From: a virus
Lineage: Duplodnaviria; Caudoviricetes
DNA length: 54,299 nt
Direction: 5' to 3' (one strand)
IMG/VR virus record: IMGVR_UViG_3300045933_000271
Span: 1-54,299 of that record
Part shown: one piece after another, positions 44,431 to 52,858 of the stretch
Position numbering within the stretch: position 1 is the first letter of the stretch
Layout: the number at the start of each line of letters is the position of its first letter
Program-made: the position numbers and the translations under genes
Notes under the pieces: model-generated
What the model was told of the DNA's origin: nothing
The model's input: the letters and a program-made list of their open reading frames with translations, nothing else
The model's database searches: none

Positions 44431-44895
44431 TTACTCCCCCGCGTTCGCCCACACTGTGGCCATCGCTTCCAGCTCGTTGAGAATGACATCGGGCATCGTC
44501 AGCGTCTCTCGCTTCGCATCCACGAACTCCTTGAGCTGCAGCGCCAGGTCGGCCCTTGTGAAGTCGATCGTCACAGCAGTCCACCTGGCGCTGCAGTCCA
44601 GGCAAGCTCCGCGCTCAGGCCTGCCGGCGCATCGGCAACTGTCGGCTGCGCGCGCCAGATTGCGGTACGCTTCATGAAGATCCCGGCCACGGACCGACTT
44701 CACCTGATCCAGAGATAGATGCGTGGGCAGGGATACGGTCCGAAGCTTGCAGTCGCAGTCGAATTGGCTCCCCGGTGGAGCGATGAAAGTATCGTGAAAG
44801 CCGCACTGCGGACAGTAGACCTGGCTCCGATCGCTTCTCATGAATCCTCCGCGGTGTTCTACCGCTTGAGGAATCGTAGCTCGAGTCATGTGCAT
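44431..44895 (-). CDS. Cys-rich hypothetical protein
   Basis: CPQC..CDC..CRC..CLDC. Confidence 0.55.
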   Translation of the reverse strand: MHMTRATIPQAVEHRGGFMRSDRSQVYCPQCGFHDTFIAPPGSQFDCDCKLRTVSLPTHLSLDQVKSVRGRDLHEAYRNLARAADSCRCAGRPERGACLDCSARWTAVTIDFTRADLALQLKEFVDAKRETLTMPDVILNELEAMATVWANAGE

Positions 44896-44905
44896 ACGTC
44901 TGCAC
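44890..44905. promoter_or_regulatory. Candidate parS palindrome copy 3 (15/16)
   Basis: GTGCATACGTCTGCAC at a gene boundary. Confidence 0.65.
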
Positions 44906-45091
44906 TCACCTCAAATGCGATCCATGCTTCGTCAGGTACCAGGAGAGCACCGCCATGCCGGCGATCACGAGCGCGATCAGGAGCGACAGGCCCAGGATCG
45001 TCCGCCACCGCTCCTGCCGGCGGATCGCCTCGGGGATGTCTTCCAGGAAGGCCTCGTCGTCGCCGTCGTCGGGTTTCCATTCGGGGCTCAT
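44906..45091 (-). CDS. Small single-TM protein
   Basis: ILGLSLLIALVIAGMAVLSWYL; ATGA-coupled. Confidence 0.7.
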   Translation of the reverse strand: MSPEWKPDDGDDEAFLEDIPEAIRRQERWRTILGLSLLIALVIAGMAVLSWYLTKHGSHLR

Positions 45092-45315
45092 GGGATCCTC
45101 GTCAGCTTTCCGGTTTCCAGATCTCTCCGAAAGAGCGGCTTCGTGCCGCCGTGCTCCATTGCCAGATGCGCGACGATCTTGGCCTCAACTTCCTCGATGG
45201 TCGTGATTGGGGATTGCCAGAAGCAGAGGTAGCAGCCGACCGAGTCGTGGTCGTTCCAGCCATAGGCGTCCGGATCCGTAGCGCGGCCCTCTTCCCATTC
45301 CTGTCGTGTCTTCAT
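45088..45315 (-). CDS. Small protein with C2H2-like zinc motif
   Basis: CYLC..AHLAMEH; ATGA-coupled. Confidence 0.7.
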   Translation of the reverse strand: MKTRQEWEEGRATDPDAYGWNDHDSVGCYLCFWQSPITTIEEVEAKIVAHLAMEHGGTKPLFRRDLETGKLTRIP

Positions 45316-45689
45316 CGAAAGCCCTCTCCGCGCGCTGGCGGGAAGAGGTCGTCGAGGGCGTCAGGCTTACACATGGGGATGGGCTTAGCCTGGCCGGTCG
45401 CCTCGAGCCAGGCTTGATGACGTAGTTCCTTCTGGTGGCGCTCGTGATTCCGCTCGGCGGTCAGATCCTCCACGCGCTTCCGCAGGTTGTCGATCTCGAC
45501 GTTGGCCGAGAAGAGAGCATCGCCCAGACCCTGGACGCCCATGCCCTCAAGCTCAGCAACTTCGGCGGCCGCGCGCAGCCGACGCACCTCGGCGACCAGG
45601 CGCATCCCCCAGTCGCGATCGCTCTGCCACGACGAAAGGCCGTTCTGGATCTCGTCGAGCTCCAAGTCGGTGATCGGCTTCGTCTCCAT
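45312..45689 (-). CDS. Hypothetical coiled-coil phage protein
   Basis: ITDLELDEI..LVAEVRRLR; coupled to neighbours. Confidence 0.7.
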   Translation of the reverse strand: METKPITDLELDEIQNGLSSWQSDRDWGMRLVAEVRRLRAAAEVAELEGMGVQGLGDALFSANVEIDNLRKRVEDLTAERNHERHQKELRHQAWLEATGQAKPIPMCKPDALDDLFPPARGEGFR

Positions 45690-46201
45690 CAGGCCGTCAC
45701 CTTCCGGTCCGGATCCAGCTTGCCGAGCTCGGCGTCGAGTTGCTTGCGGAGCTGCTCGAGGCTGGTGTCGAGCTTGGAGATCTCCAGGTCCCGGACGTTG
45801 AGCTCGCCGGCGCGCTCCTGGCCGAGATCTTCGAAGGCTCCTGCGATCGCCGCCAGGTCCTCGCGCGCCTTGGCCTCGACGGCCTCGAGGCGGGCATCCC
45901 GATCCTTGGCCGCCTGGCGAAGCTCGTTCTCGATCTCCACGCTGCGGCGCAGCTTCACGGCGACGAGGGTCGCACGCAGCTCGCGCCGCTGATGGATAGC
46001 CTCGATGAGCTTTTGCGACCGCAGGACCTGCTCGGGGAGCATCGGCTTCTCGGGCTCCTTCTTCGGCTTCTCGAGCTTCTTGGTCTCGACGTCGGCCTGC
46101 GCGACGGTCTTGAGCACTTCCCCGGGGGCCGCCGCCATGGGATGCTCAATCGTGTTCATCAGCAAGTCCGCCACCTGTTCCACGCGATCGCTCATGCCCA
46201 T
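45689..46201 (-). CDS. Coiled-coil protein
   Basis: AGGAGAG RBS; heptad-rich. Confidence 0.75.
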   Translation of the reverse strand: MGMSDRVEQVADLLMNTIEHPMAAAPGEVLKTVAQADVETKKLEKPKKEPEKPMLPEQVLRSQKLIEAIHQRRELRATLVAVKLRRSVEIENELRQAAKDRDARLEAVEAKAREDLAAIAGAFEDLGQERAGELNVRDLEISKLDTSLEQLRKQLDAELGKLDPDRKVTA

Positions 46202-46219
46202 CTCTCCTAAAACAATGTC

Positions 46220-46342
46220 CTACTTGAACTCGTCGCACCCGCACTTCTGGCAGCCCACGAGCGGCAGGTGGTACATCACCGAATGCCCGCAGTTGTCGCA
46301 GTCGCCGATCAGCCACTTCCACAACTTGCCAAGCGTCTTCAT
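46220..46342 (-). CDS. 40-aa zinc-binding peptide
   Basis: CDNCGH..H..CQKCGC; GAGGAG RBS; ATGA-coupled. Confidence 0.65.
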   Translation of the reverse strand: MKTLGKLWKWLIGDCDNCGHSVMYHLPLVGCQKCGCDEFK

Positions 46343-46665
46343 GGCCGTCTCCTCACTCGATTCACCCGATGCACCACGACCGTCACGCGCATGTCGTCGT
46401 ACGGCTCCACCCAACCCTTGCCCCTGCAGCGCCAGCAGCTGGACGGGCAGTGGTCCCACTCGACGCCGCTCCACTCCGGGCAGACCTGGAAGAGCTCCGG
46501 CTCGCACCAGCAGTCCAGGTTGTCGACCTGGTGCTCGGCGGGCGGCCGGTAGTAGCGCTGCTCCTGGGGCTCGGGCTGTGAACGGCGGCGTGCGAGGGAC
46601 CGGATCATGAGAGCCACGATGGCCGCGAGCAGGAGGAGCTGGACTGCCGCGAGGTAGTGATTCAT
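46339..46665 (-). CDS. Membrane-anchored Cys/His-rich protein
   Basis: N-terminal TM; H..DCWCEP..CWRCRGKG..VVVH. Confidence 0.7.
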   Translation of the reverse strand: MNHYLAAVQLLLLAAIVALMIRSLARRRSQPEPQEQRYYRPPAEHQVDNLDCWCEPELFQVCPEWSGVEWDHCPSSCWRCRGKGWVEPYDDMRVTVVVHRVNRVRRRP

Positions 46666-46668
46666 GGG

Positions 46669-46869
46669 TCAGAAGGGGAGCACCACTCCCGTCTTGCCGC
46701 TCGCCGTCGCGATCTTCTCGATGCACTCGCGCGAGCACGCATCCTGCGGACCGTCTTCGTCCTGGCGCTGGAACCAGGAGCTCGGCTTGAACCAGCCGGC
46801 TCCGCCGTTCCGGACGTACTCCGCGGACGCGCGCTTTCCGCAACCGTCGCAGATGAATTCGCAGGCCAT
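46669..46869 (-). CDS. Small zinc-binding protein (66 aa)
   Basis: FICDGCGK..KPSSWF..DACSREC; AAAGGAG RBS. Confidence 0.7.
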   Translation of the reverse strand: MACEFICDGCGKRASAEYVRNGGAGWFKPSSWFQRQDEDGPQDACSRECIEKIATASGKTGVVLPF

Positions 46870-46892
46870 GTCATGTGCTCCTTTCGGTTGAA

Positions 46893-47129
46893 TTACGAAA
46901 CCTTCGCCCGCTTCTCCCACTCCTCCAAGATGCGGGCGAACAGGCCACAGGACACCTGCTCGAACTCCGCGATAGTCATGCCCGGAGGCACCCACCTGAA
47001 GAGGAACTCGTTGCAGGCCACCTTGCAGTTCTCCTTGTTAGCCCGCTCGACGGCATCGAGAGTCGCCTCCTCCGTGCCGGTCGATGTGAAGAGCGGAATC
47101 GCCTCCGCTCGCTCCTTGGTGCTGTTCAT
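46893..47129 (-). CDS. Hypothetical protein
   Basis: AAAGGAG RBS; 78 aa. Confidence 0.65.
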   Translation of the reverse strand: MNSTKERAEAIPLFTSTGTEEATLDAVERANKENCKVACNEFLFRWVPPGMTIAEFEQVSCGLFARILEEWEKRAKVS

Positions 47130-47164
47130 TCGCTTTCTCCTTTGCGTTCAATCCTCGTTACCAA

Positions 47165-47249
47165 ATCCCATCCCAGTTCGGGCCGGGCTCCGGTCTCTGT
47201 TGCGGGAGAGAATGGAACAGCGTGCCCGGCCCGACAGCTGGGGTGGGGT
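47165..47249. other. Long intergenic hairpin (possible small RNA or processing site)
   Basis: 11-bp perfect stem 47178-47188/47224-47234 plus a 12-bp outer stem with G-U pairs on the plus strand. Confidence 0.5.
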
Positions 47250-47265
47250 ATTAGGGCGTTGGGAA

Positions 47266-49044
47266 TCAAGCGTCTCTCCCTTCCGCGAACAGCCACGCGG
47301 CCGCGCGGGCCCGCCCCTTGCCGGTGATTTCGAGCATCCCCGCGGTCTTGAGGGTGCTCATGTTCTTCTCGAAGCCGCTCGAGGTGACCGTCGTGCCGGA
47401 CCTGGCTGCAATCTCCTCGCGCGAGAGGTCGTGAGGGTAAACCTGGATCAGGTTGTTCAGGATGCAGCTCTGCGGCGTCGAGATCGCCGCGGTGCACTTC
47501 TGGATGAGCAGCTCGTGGGTCGGCGCCGGCTGATCACCGACTTCGCCACGCCCGGGCGAGAGGATCCGGAGCATGCCGGGCCCGCCCGTCTCGAGGTAGC
47601 CGCCGGTCTTGAGCGTCGAGACGTTCTTCTCGAAGCCGCTGGACTTGTGGGTCGTATCGGCAAGTGGCGCGATCCACGTGCGCGGCACCTCGCTGAAGCC
47701 CAGGGCCTCGAACATGGCCAGGGCCTGGAGGATCCGGAGCTGGGGACGGGAGACGGTGGTGTCGCGGGTCTCCTGGTCCTTCGGCGCCAGGAGTGCAGAC
47801 GTCTGCAGTTGGTGGATCGCCTCGACCGGCTGGGGCTGAGGCTTTGCCCGGATGCCTGCCGACGGCATCGGCGTCAAGACCGGCTCGGGCCGGCGGGCCC
47901 GCTGCTCGATCTTCTTCACCTGATCCTGGAGCAGATCGGAGAAGCCGCGCAGCGTGATCGCGACGTTGTTGCACTTGCCGGCGGCCATCACGGCGTTCGC
48001 CATGGCCTTCTCCAGGCGGACCAGCTGCGCGGGCGGGATCACCGGGACCTCGACCCGAACGGGTTTCGAGGGGGCCGGGAGGGGAGTGGGGACCTCCTTC
48101 GGCCTGGAGGCGAGTTGGGCCTTGAGGGAGCGGATCTCGGTGCGCATCGCGATCTCCGTCATCAGCTTCTCCTCGGCCTCCTTGGGCAGGTCCGCCAGCT
48201 TGGGCAGCAGGGCCCGGATCTTCTCCGGCGCCGGCGGCGGAGTGTCCGAGATCTCGGAGCCGACTTCCGGGTGCGTGGTTTGGACGGGCCCGACCGAGAG
48301 CAGGATCCGGTCGTTCGCGATCGCCGGGCCCATGGCGTAGAACTCGCCGGGCTCGCGCTTCTTGATCTCGACCCGGAACTCGTCCCGCTCGTCGCGCGAG
48401 ACGCTGAGGACCTCGACGGCCCGGTCGATGTCCACGCCCTCGCGCGTCATGCCGACCAGGCGGTTGAGCAATTCGGCCGTCACCGTCTTCGAGATCTTGG
48501 CCAGGCGCTGGGTGAAGGGGACGAGGCAGATCCCGCGCTTCCGGCCGCGCGTCGCGGCATCCTGCACGGCGCCGAAGGCCTCGCTCTCGCCCATCCCCTT
48601 CTCGGGACAGAAGACGTGCGCCTCGTCCAGCATGACGACGAGCGGGCGCCACAGGCTCTTGGGCAGGTTCATCAGGGCCTCGAGGAACGCCCGGACCCAC
48701 GCGTGGCGCGTGGGCGGCTTCAGGTCGTAGAGGTCGAAGACCGCGGAGGCCTGGAGCTCCCGGAGCTTGTGGGCCACGAGCGGCGCCGTCCGCGGATCCG
48801 CCGGCGTCTCGCCGCCCTTGCCGACCAGTACGAAGCCATACTTTTCGCGCAGCGTGGCGAACTCACCCTCGGGGTCGATGATCCAGACGGGTACCTTCCC
48901 GAAGAGCTGCTCGGCCAGGCGCCGCAGGAGCCAGGACTTGCCGCCGCCGGAGTTCGCCGTCACCAGCGCGCGCGAGCGCAACAGCACCGCCAGGTCGAGG
49001 TGGACCGGGTGCCGGCCGGTCCGCCCGATCTCGATTTTCGCCAC
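47266..49044 (-). CDS. HerA/FtsK-superfamily (DUF87-like) ATPase with tandem C-terminal wHTH repeats
   Basis: ANSGGGKS Walker A, IIDPEGEF, MLDEAH Walker B, RGRKRG, TQR; repeats SSGFEKNVSTLKTGGYLE / SSGFEKNMSTLKTAGMLE; AAGGAGGT RBS before GTG 49044. Confidence 0.88.
   Translation of the reverse strand: MAKIEIGRTGRHPVHLDLAVLLRSRALVTANSGGGKSWLLRRLAEQLFGKVPVWIIDPEGEFATLREKYGFVLVGKGGETPADPRTAPLVAHKLRELQASAVFDLYDLKPPTRHAWVRAFLEALMNLPKSLWRPLVVMLDEAHVFCPEKGMGESEAFGAVQDAATRGRKRGICLVPFTQRLAKISKTVTAELLNRLVGMTREGVDIDRAVEVLSVSRDERDEFRVEIKKREPGEFYAMGPAIANDRILLSVGPVQTTHPEVGSEISDTPPPAPEKIRALLPKLADLPKEAEEKLMTEIAMRTEIRSLKAQLASRPKEVPTPLPAPSKPVRVEVPVIPPAQLVRLEKAMANAVMAAGKCNNVAITLRGFSDLLQDQVKKIEQRARRPEPVLTPMPSAGIRAKPQPQPVEAIHQLQTSALLAPKDQETRDTTVSRPQLRILQALAMFEALGFSEVPRTWIAPLADTTHKSSGFEKNVSTLKTGGYLETGGPGMLRILSPGRGEVGDQPAPTHELLIQKCTAAISTPQSCILNNLIQVYPHDLSREEIAARSGTTVTSSGFEKNMSTLKTAGMLEITGKGRARAAAWLFAEGRDA
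47793..47808. promoter_or_regulatory. Candidate parS palindrome copy 4 (15/16), intragenic
   Basis: GTGCAGACGTCTGCAG within the linker (LQTSAL) of the HerA-like gene. Confidence 0.6.
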
Positions 49045-49140
49045 CGCCGAACCTCCTTCCGGGCCTGATTTGGCCCTGTTCATGCAAGCCGCCGTAGTCA
49101 TCACAAAAAATGTCAAACTCAGAATTCCCGTCACATCAGG

Positions 49141-49259
49141 TCGTCTCATTTTTCGCCTCGTATCTCGTCCCATCCCTTCCCTATTCCTAAAGGGATGGGA
49201 CGTGAGACGGTCTCTTGTTCCAAGGTCCAAGTCACAAGAGACGAGTTCTTGAGACGAGT
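49141..49259. promoter_or_regulatory. Putative replication origin
   Basis: Lower-GC gap after the helicase; 13-bp inverted repeat 49166-49178/49190-49202; GAGACG repeated in both orientations. Confidence 0.65.
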
Positions 49260-50749
49260 CATTTCTCACCAGAAACCGCCATATTCAGCCGGTAGAACGT
49301 GGCGTTCCCACGGACTACGGCTGAGATGGCCAGGGATTCCTGAAGGGCCTTGAGATGCCTGTAAACTTGGGCTCTGGAAAGCCCCTGATCGTCCATGACG
49401 GCGACAATCTGCTTGCCTGGGACTTCGCCGCCACCGATCGCCGCGGAGGCCTCTTGGAGGGCCTTGAGGACCCCTTCCGACCCGCCGCCGCGCTTCTTCT
49501 TGTTCGACTCCTGCTCGCGGATCTCCCAGCGGACCGACTCGTCAGGCTGGCGGATGTACTCGATCTCCCACTTCGCCCGGTAGTCGAACTTCGAGGTGAT
49601 GGACACGGGCGTAACGTCGCTGTCGCCGCGGTCGCCCCAGTCGATGATGGAGACCGGAGCGGCGCCGATCGCAGTCGACCCGCGGCCACGCTCCGACATC
49701 GAAACGCCTTCGCCGTTCTTCCTCCGATGGTGCACGTACAGGATCGCGCAGCGGCAGTTGCGGGCGATGCGCTGGAGGACCTGCATCACCAGCTTGATCT
49801 CGGAGGCCTTATCCTCGTCGACGCCGTGGGCGTGGCTGATGGTGTCCAGGACGACCAGGTCGTACCGCTCGGCACTGATCTTGTCCTCAAGCGCCCGGGC
49901 GTGCTCGGCCACGTTCATGAGGAGGAGCGGCATCTCGGTGACGTGCATGTTGGGCGGGATGCCGTTCGAGCCGAGGCCTCGCGCGTAGGAGAGGATCCGC
50001 TTCGAGATCAGGGGAAGCATGTCCTCCCAGGTGATGTAGAAAACCTTCTGCGGCTTGCTCTGGAGGAGTGCGCCCGTGGGCCAGGTCCCGATGCTGGTGG
50101 CGACGCCGAGGAAGAGCGTGAAGCTCGATTTGCCCCCCTTGGGCGGACCGTGGATCTGGGTGAGGTAGCCGCGGGGGACGATCGGGTCGACCACGTACTC
50201 GAGGGGCGTCTCCGCCGCCCTGAGGAGCTGCTCGCCGTGAACCACCTGGGAACCCGTGATCTCCTCCCAGGTCTTCTTCTTCGCGGTCTGGACGATGTCC
50301 GTGGCTTCGACGGAGGCGAGGGCCAGCTCCTCGAGCTCGCCGTTCAGGTCCTCACCCTTGACGACCAGGTCGTTGATCTGCCGGATGAGCCGGAGCGCCT
50401 TCCGCCGGCTGGCCAGGCGCACCACGCCTTTCGCGTAGCTCTCCACATGGTCGGGATTGGGGAGCTCCTGGAGCAGATCCATGAGCGCCTGGGCGCCGCC
50501 GACCTCGGCCAGCTTGCCCGTGGCGGCGAGCTCGCCGTGGAGCATGGGCAGATCGCACTGGGCCGTGCGGCCCAGAACCGTCTCGAGCGCGGCCAGGATC
50601 GTCCGGTGCTGGGGAATGACGAACGGCTCCCAGCCGCGGGTGATCTCCTTCGAGATCTTGAACCGCTCCGCCTGGCGCTCGTCGGCCCAGATCAGGGAAC
50701 CGACGAGCCCCTTCTCCTGGACTACGGCAGGGTCCTGTTGGTCTGCCAC
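49259..50749 (-). CDS. Replicative helicase: DnaB N-terminal domain + AAA_25/RepA domain + wHTH
   Basis: EKGLVGSLI..HRTIL..LAEVGG; HGPPKGGKSS, VVLDTI, YVHHRRK, RGRGSTAI; LSRAQVYRHL. Confidence 0.88.
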   Translation of the reverse strand: MADQQDPAVVQEKGLVGSLIWADERQAERFKISKEITRGWEPFVIPQHRTILAALETVLGRTAQCDLPMLHGELAATGKLAEVGGAQALMDLLQELPNPDHVESYAKGVVRLASRRKALRLIRQINDLVVKGEDLNGELEELALASVEATDIVQTAKKKTWEEITGSQVVHGEQLLRAAETPLEYVVDPIVPRGYLTQIHGPPKGGKSSFTLFLGVATSIGTWPTGALLQSKPQKVFYITWEDMLPLISKRILSYARGLGSNGIPPNMHVTEMPLLLMNVAEHARALEDKISAERYDLVVLDTISHAHGVDEDKASEIKLVMQVLQRIARNCRCAILYVHHRRKNGEGVSMSERGRGSTAIGAAPVSIIDWGDRGDSDVTPVSITSKFDYRAKWEIEYIRQPDESVRWEIREQESNKKKRGGGSEGVLKALQEASAAIGGGEVPGKQIVAVMDDQGLSRAQVYRHLKALQESLAISAVVRGNATFYRLNMAVSGEK

Positions 50750-50792
50750 GTTGCCTCTCTCTCCATCCGATCTCTCTCTTCCGTCTTCTCTC

Positions 50793-51266
50793 TCAACTCG
50801 TGTGCGCGTGATAGATCGCCATGCCGGCCGCGTCTGCCGCGTCGAGCGGCGGATCGAAGTCGAGGTCGAGGATCCGCTTCACGGCGTTGGCGACCTCGAT
50901 CTTGTGGGCGTTGCCCTTGCCCGTGATGCGCTTCCAGGTCTGCGGGGAGTACTCGTGGAACTGGAGCTCGGCGCCGCCGACCAGCGCCAGGCAGATCGCC
51001 CGGACGCCGGCGATCGCGAGCGTCGCCATGTGGTTCTTGTTCACGAACGGCCGCTCGACGACGCATTCCGCGTTCTTCTCGCGGGCCTGCTCGAGGATGG
51101 GGATCAGCTCGCCCATCACCTGGGCCAGGCGCCGGTGGAGCGGGCCCTCCCGCATCACGATCGTGCCCATCGCCTGGGCTCGGTAGAGCCCAGGACGACG
51201 GACGTCGATCAGCGCGTAGCCGGCGAACTGGGTGCCGGGGTCGAGACCGAGGACGAAGCGGGACAT
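50793..51266 (-). CDS. ruvC: Holliday junction resolvase RuvC
   Basis: VLGLDPGT, VVERPF, YSPQTWKRITGKGNAHK, DAADA. Confidence 0.93.
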   Translation of the reverse strand: MSRFVLGLDPGTQFAGYALIDVRRPGLYRAQAMGTIVMREGPLHRRLAQVMGELIPILEQAREKNAECVVERPFVNKNHMATLAIAGVRAICLALVGGAELQFHEYSPQTWKRITGKGNAHKIEVANAVKRILDLDFDPPLDAADAAGMAIYHAHTS

Positions 51267-51613
51267 TACTCGGCCGCCTCGCCGGCGTCGCCTTCCTCGG
51301 CCTGGACCTGGTCCTCGTCGGTGACGCGGACCCGCTTCACCTTCCGCTTCCCCTCGGTGCGGCGGAAGATCGTGTTGCCCAGGCGGTACTCGGGGATCTT
51401 GTGCTTCTCCATGAGGGTCAGGAGGCCGTCGTGGAGCTTGACCTCTTCCTTCGTCATCTCCATCCGCTCCTTGACCTTCGCGTCCCACTTGTTGGCCGCG
51501 TCCTCGACCTCCTGGACCTTCTTGATCGGGCCGCCCGCCTTGCCCTTGGTCAGGCCGGGAAGTCTCGACTGCTTGAGCTTCCGCAGGCCTTCGCCTTTTT
51601 TCTCTTCCGCCAC
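51266..51613 (-). CDS. Charged hypothetical phage protein
   Basis: AAAGGAGG RBS before GTG 51613; TAATG coupling to ruvC. Confidence 0.7.
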   Translation of the reverse strand: MAEEKKGEGLRKLKQSRLPGLTKGKAGGPIKKVQEVEDAANKWDAKVKERMEMTKEEVKLHDGLLTLMEKHKIPEYRLGNTIFRRTEGKRKVKRVRVTDEDQVQAEEGDAGEAAE

Positions 51614-51626
51614 TGAAATCCTCCTT

Positions 51627-51863
51627 TCAATCGAACTTGGTTCTGCAGGCGGGACAATACGCACGCCTGCTCGTTTCCCTGGATGCACCGACCTTCACCT
51701 TCTGGTCGCCCTGGCCCACGACGCGCGCGGGCAGCAGCTCCGTCTTGTCGATGGAGATCCACCGCTCCGGAGGCGAGGGAAGGAGCTCGGCCGCGCGCGG
51801 GCCGGTCTGCATCTCGACCAGGCCGCAGCCGTCGCACTTCCATTCCCTCGCCGGCGTCATCAT
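51627..51863 (-). CDS. Small zinc-ribbon protein
   Basis: CDGCG..YCPAC; ATGA-coupled. Confidence 0.7.
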   Translation of the reverse strand: MMTPAREWKCDGCGLVEMQTGPRAAELLPSPPERWISIDKTELLPARVVGQGDQKVKVGASRETSRRAYCPACRTKFD

Positions 51864-52168
51864 GCTTCCTTCTGCACGGTCCCCGGCCGCATGCTGGTCT
51901 TACCCTGGACTGCCGCCCACCAGTTACAGGCCGCGGCCGCGACCGTGATGATCCGGTGGAGCTTCTTCTCCCGGTTGCCGCCCGGGTTGTGGAGCGCCTT
52001 GCCGGCGAGGTAGCCGATCAGCCAGAACCAGTCGGCGCAGGTCTTGCCGGCGTCTCCCTTCTCGGCCCAGCGGTCGCGCTGATACGCGGCCTCCTTCTTC
52101 ACGGCCTCGAAGAAGTCCTCGATCTCGGGCGTCCCGAGCTCCTTCCTGCATGGTTCGCAGAGGTTCAT
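51860..52168 (-). CDS. Conserved helical phage protein
   Basis: EAAYQRDRW..DWFWLIGYLAGKAL..ITVAAAACNW. Confidence 0.75.
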   Translation of the reverse strand: MNLCEPCRKELGTPEIEDFFEAVKKEAAYQRDRWAEKGDAGKTCADWFWLIGYLAGKALHNPGGNREKKLHRIITVAAAACNWWAAVQGKTSMRPGTVQKEA

Positions 52169-52171
52169 GCC

Positions 52172-52477
52172 CTAGCCCTCCGCTCCGTTGTCGGCCACAT
52201 GATGGTGCTCGTACTTCTCGAGGATCTTCCGGGCGTCGTCGAACATCGCCGGCGTGAACCCCAGCGCGTGGGCGATGTAAGCCAGCACGTTCGCCCGGTT
52301 GTGCCAGCAGGCCTCGCCGGCGGGAGACCTGGCGCAGCCCTTGTCCTCATGCTGGCCCGCCGCCTCGAAAGCCCAGCGCTTGGTCATCTGGATGGCAACG
52401 TGCTCGCGCGCCCCCGGGTCCACGTCCTCGAGGAGCTCCGGGATCCGCTTGAGCTGTGTGTTGCAGTCATCGCACAT
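52172..52477 (-). CDS. Hypothetical protein
   Basis: MCDDC start, TGATG coupling, GGAGG RBS. Confidence 0.7.
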   Translation of the reverse strand: MCDDCNTQLKRIPELLEDVDPGAREHVAIQMTKRWAFEAAGQHEDKGCARSPAGEACWHNRANVLAYIAHALGFTPAMFDDARKILEKYEHHHVADNGAEG

Positions 52478-52818
52478 CAGACGGCCTCCTTCGTCGGCGC
52501 CGCCGGTGCCACGACCTGGCTCTCGTCGCTCTTGGCCTTGGCCTCCTCCTCGCGGAGCTTGGAGAGCAGCTCGTGGGCCGCGATCGTGGTCACGCCCTTG
52601 GGCGCCTTCTCCCACCAGGCGAGCGCGAGCATCTCCGAGAGCGGGAGCTCGAGGTGCCGGCAGAGCAGGGGGATGATCTTCGGCGACGGCGCGTTCACCT
52701 TGCCGTTCTCGATGCCCGAGATGTATCCCTTGTGGGACTTCACCGCCTTCGCGGCTCTCTCCAGGGTCCAGCCTTTCGCTTTGCGCGCGTCCTTGACGCG
52801 CTGTCCGAACGTCAGCAT
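52477..52818 (-). CDS. XRE-family HTH regulator (no S24 peptidase domain)
   Basis: FGQRVKDARKAKGWTLERAAKAVKSHKGYISGIENGK. Confidence 0.9.
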   Translation of the reverse strand: MLTFGQRVKDARKAKGWTLERAAKAVKSHKGYISGIENGKVNAPSPKIIPLLCRHLELPLSEMLALAWWEKAPKGVTTIAAHELLSKLREEEAKAKSDESQVVAPAAPTKEAV

Positions 52819-52858
52819 GTTTGGGTCTCCTTAGATTCAGTTCTGGATCCGTTTGCTC

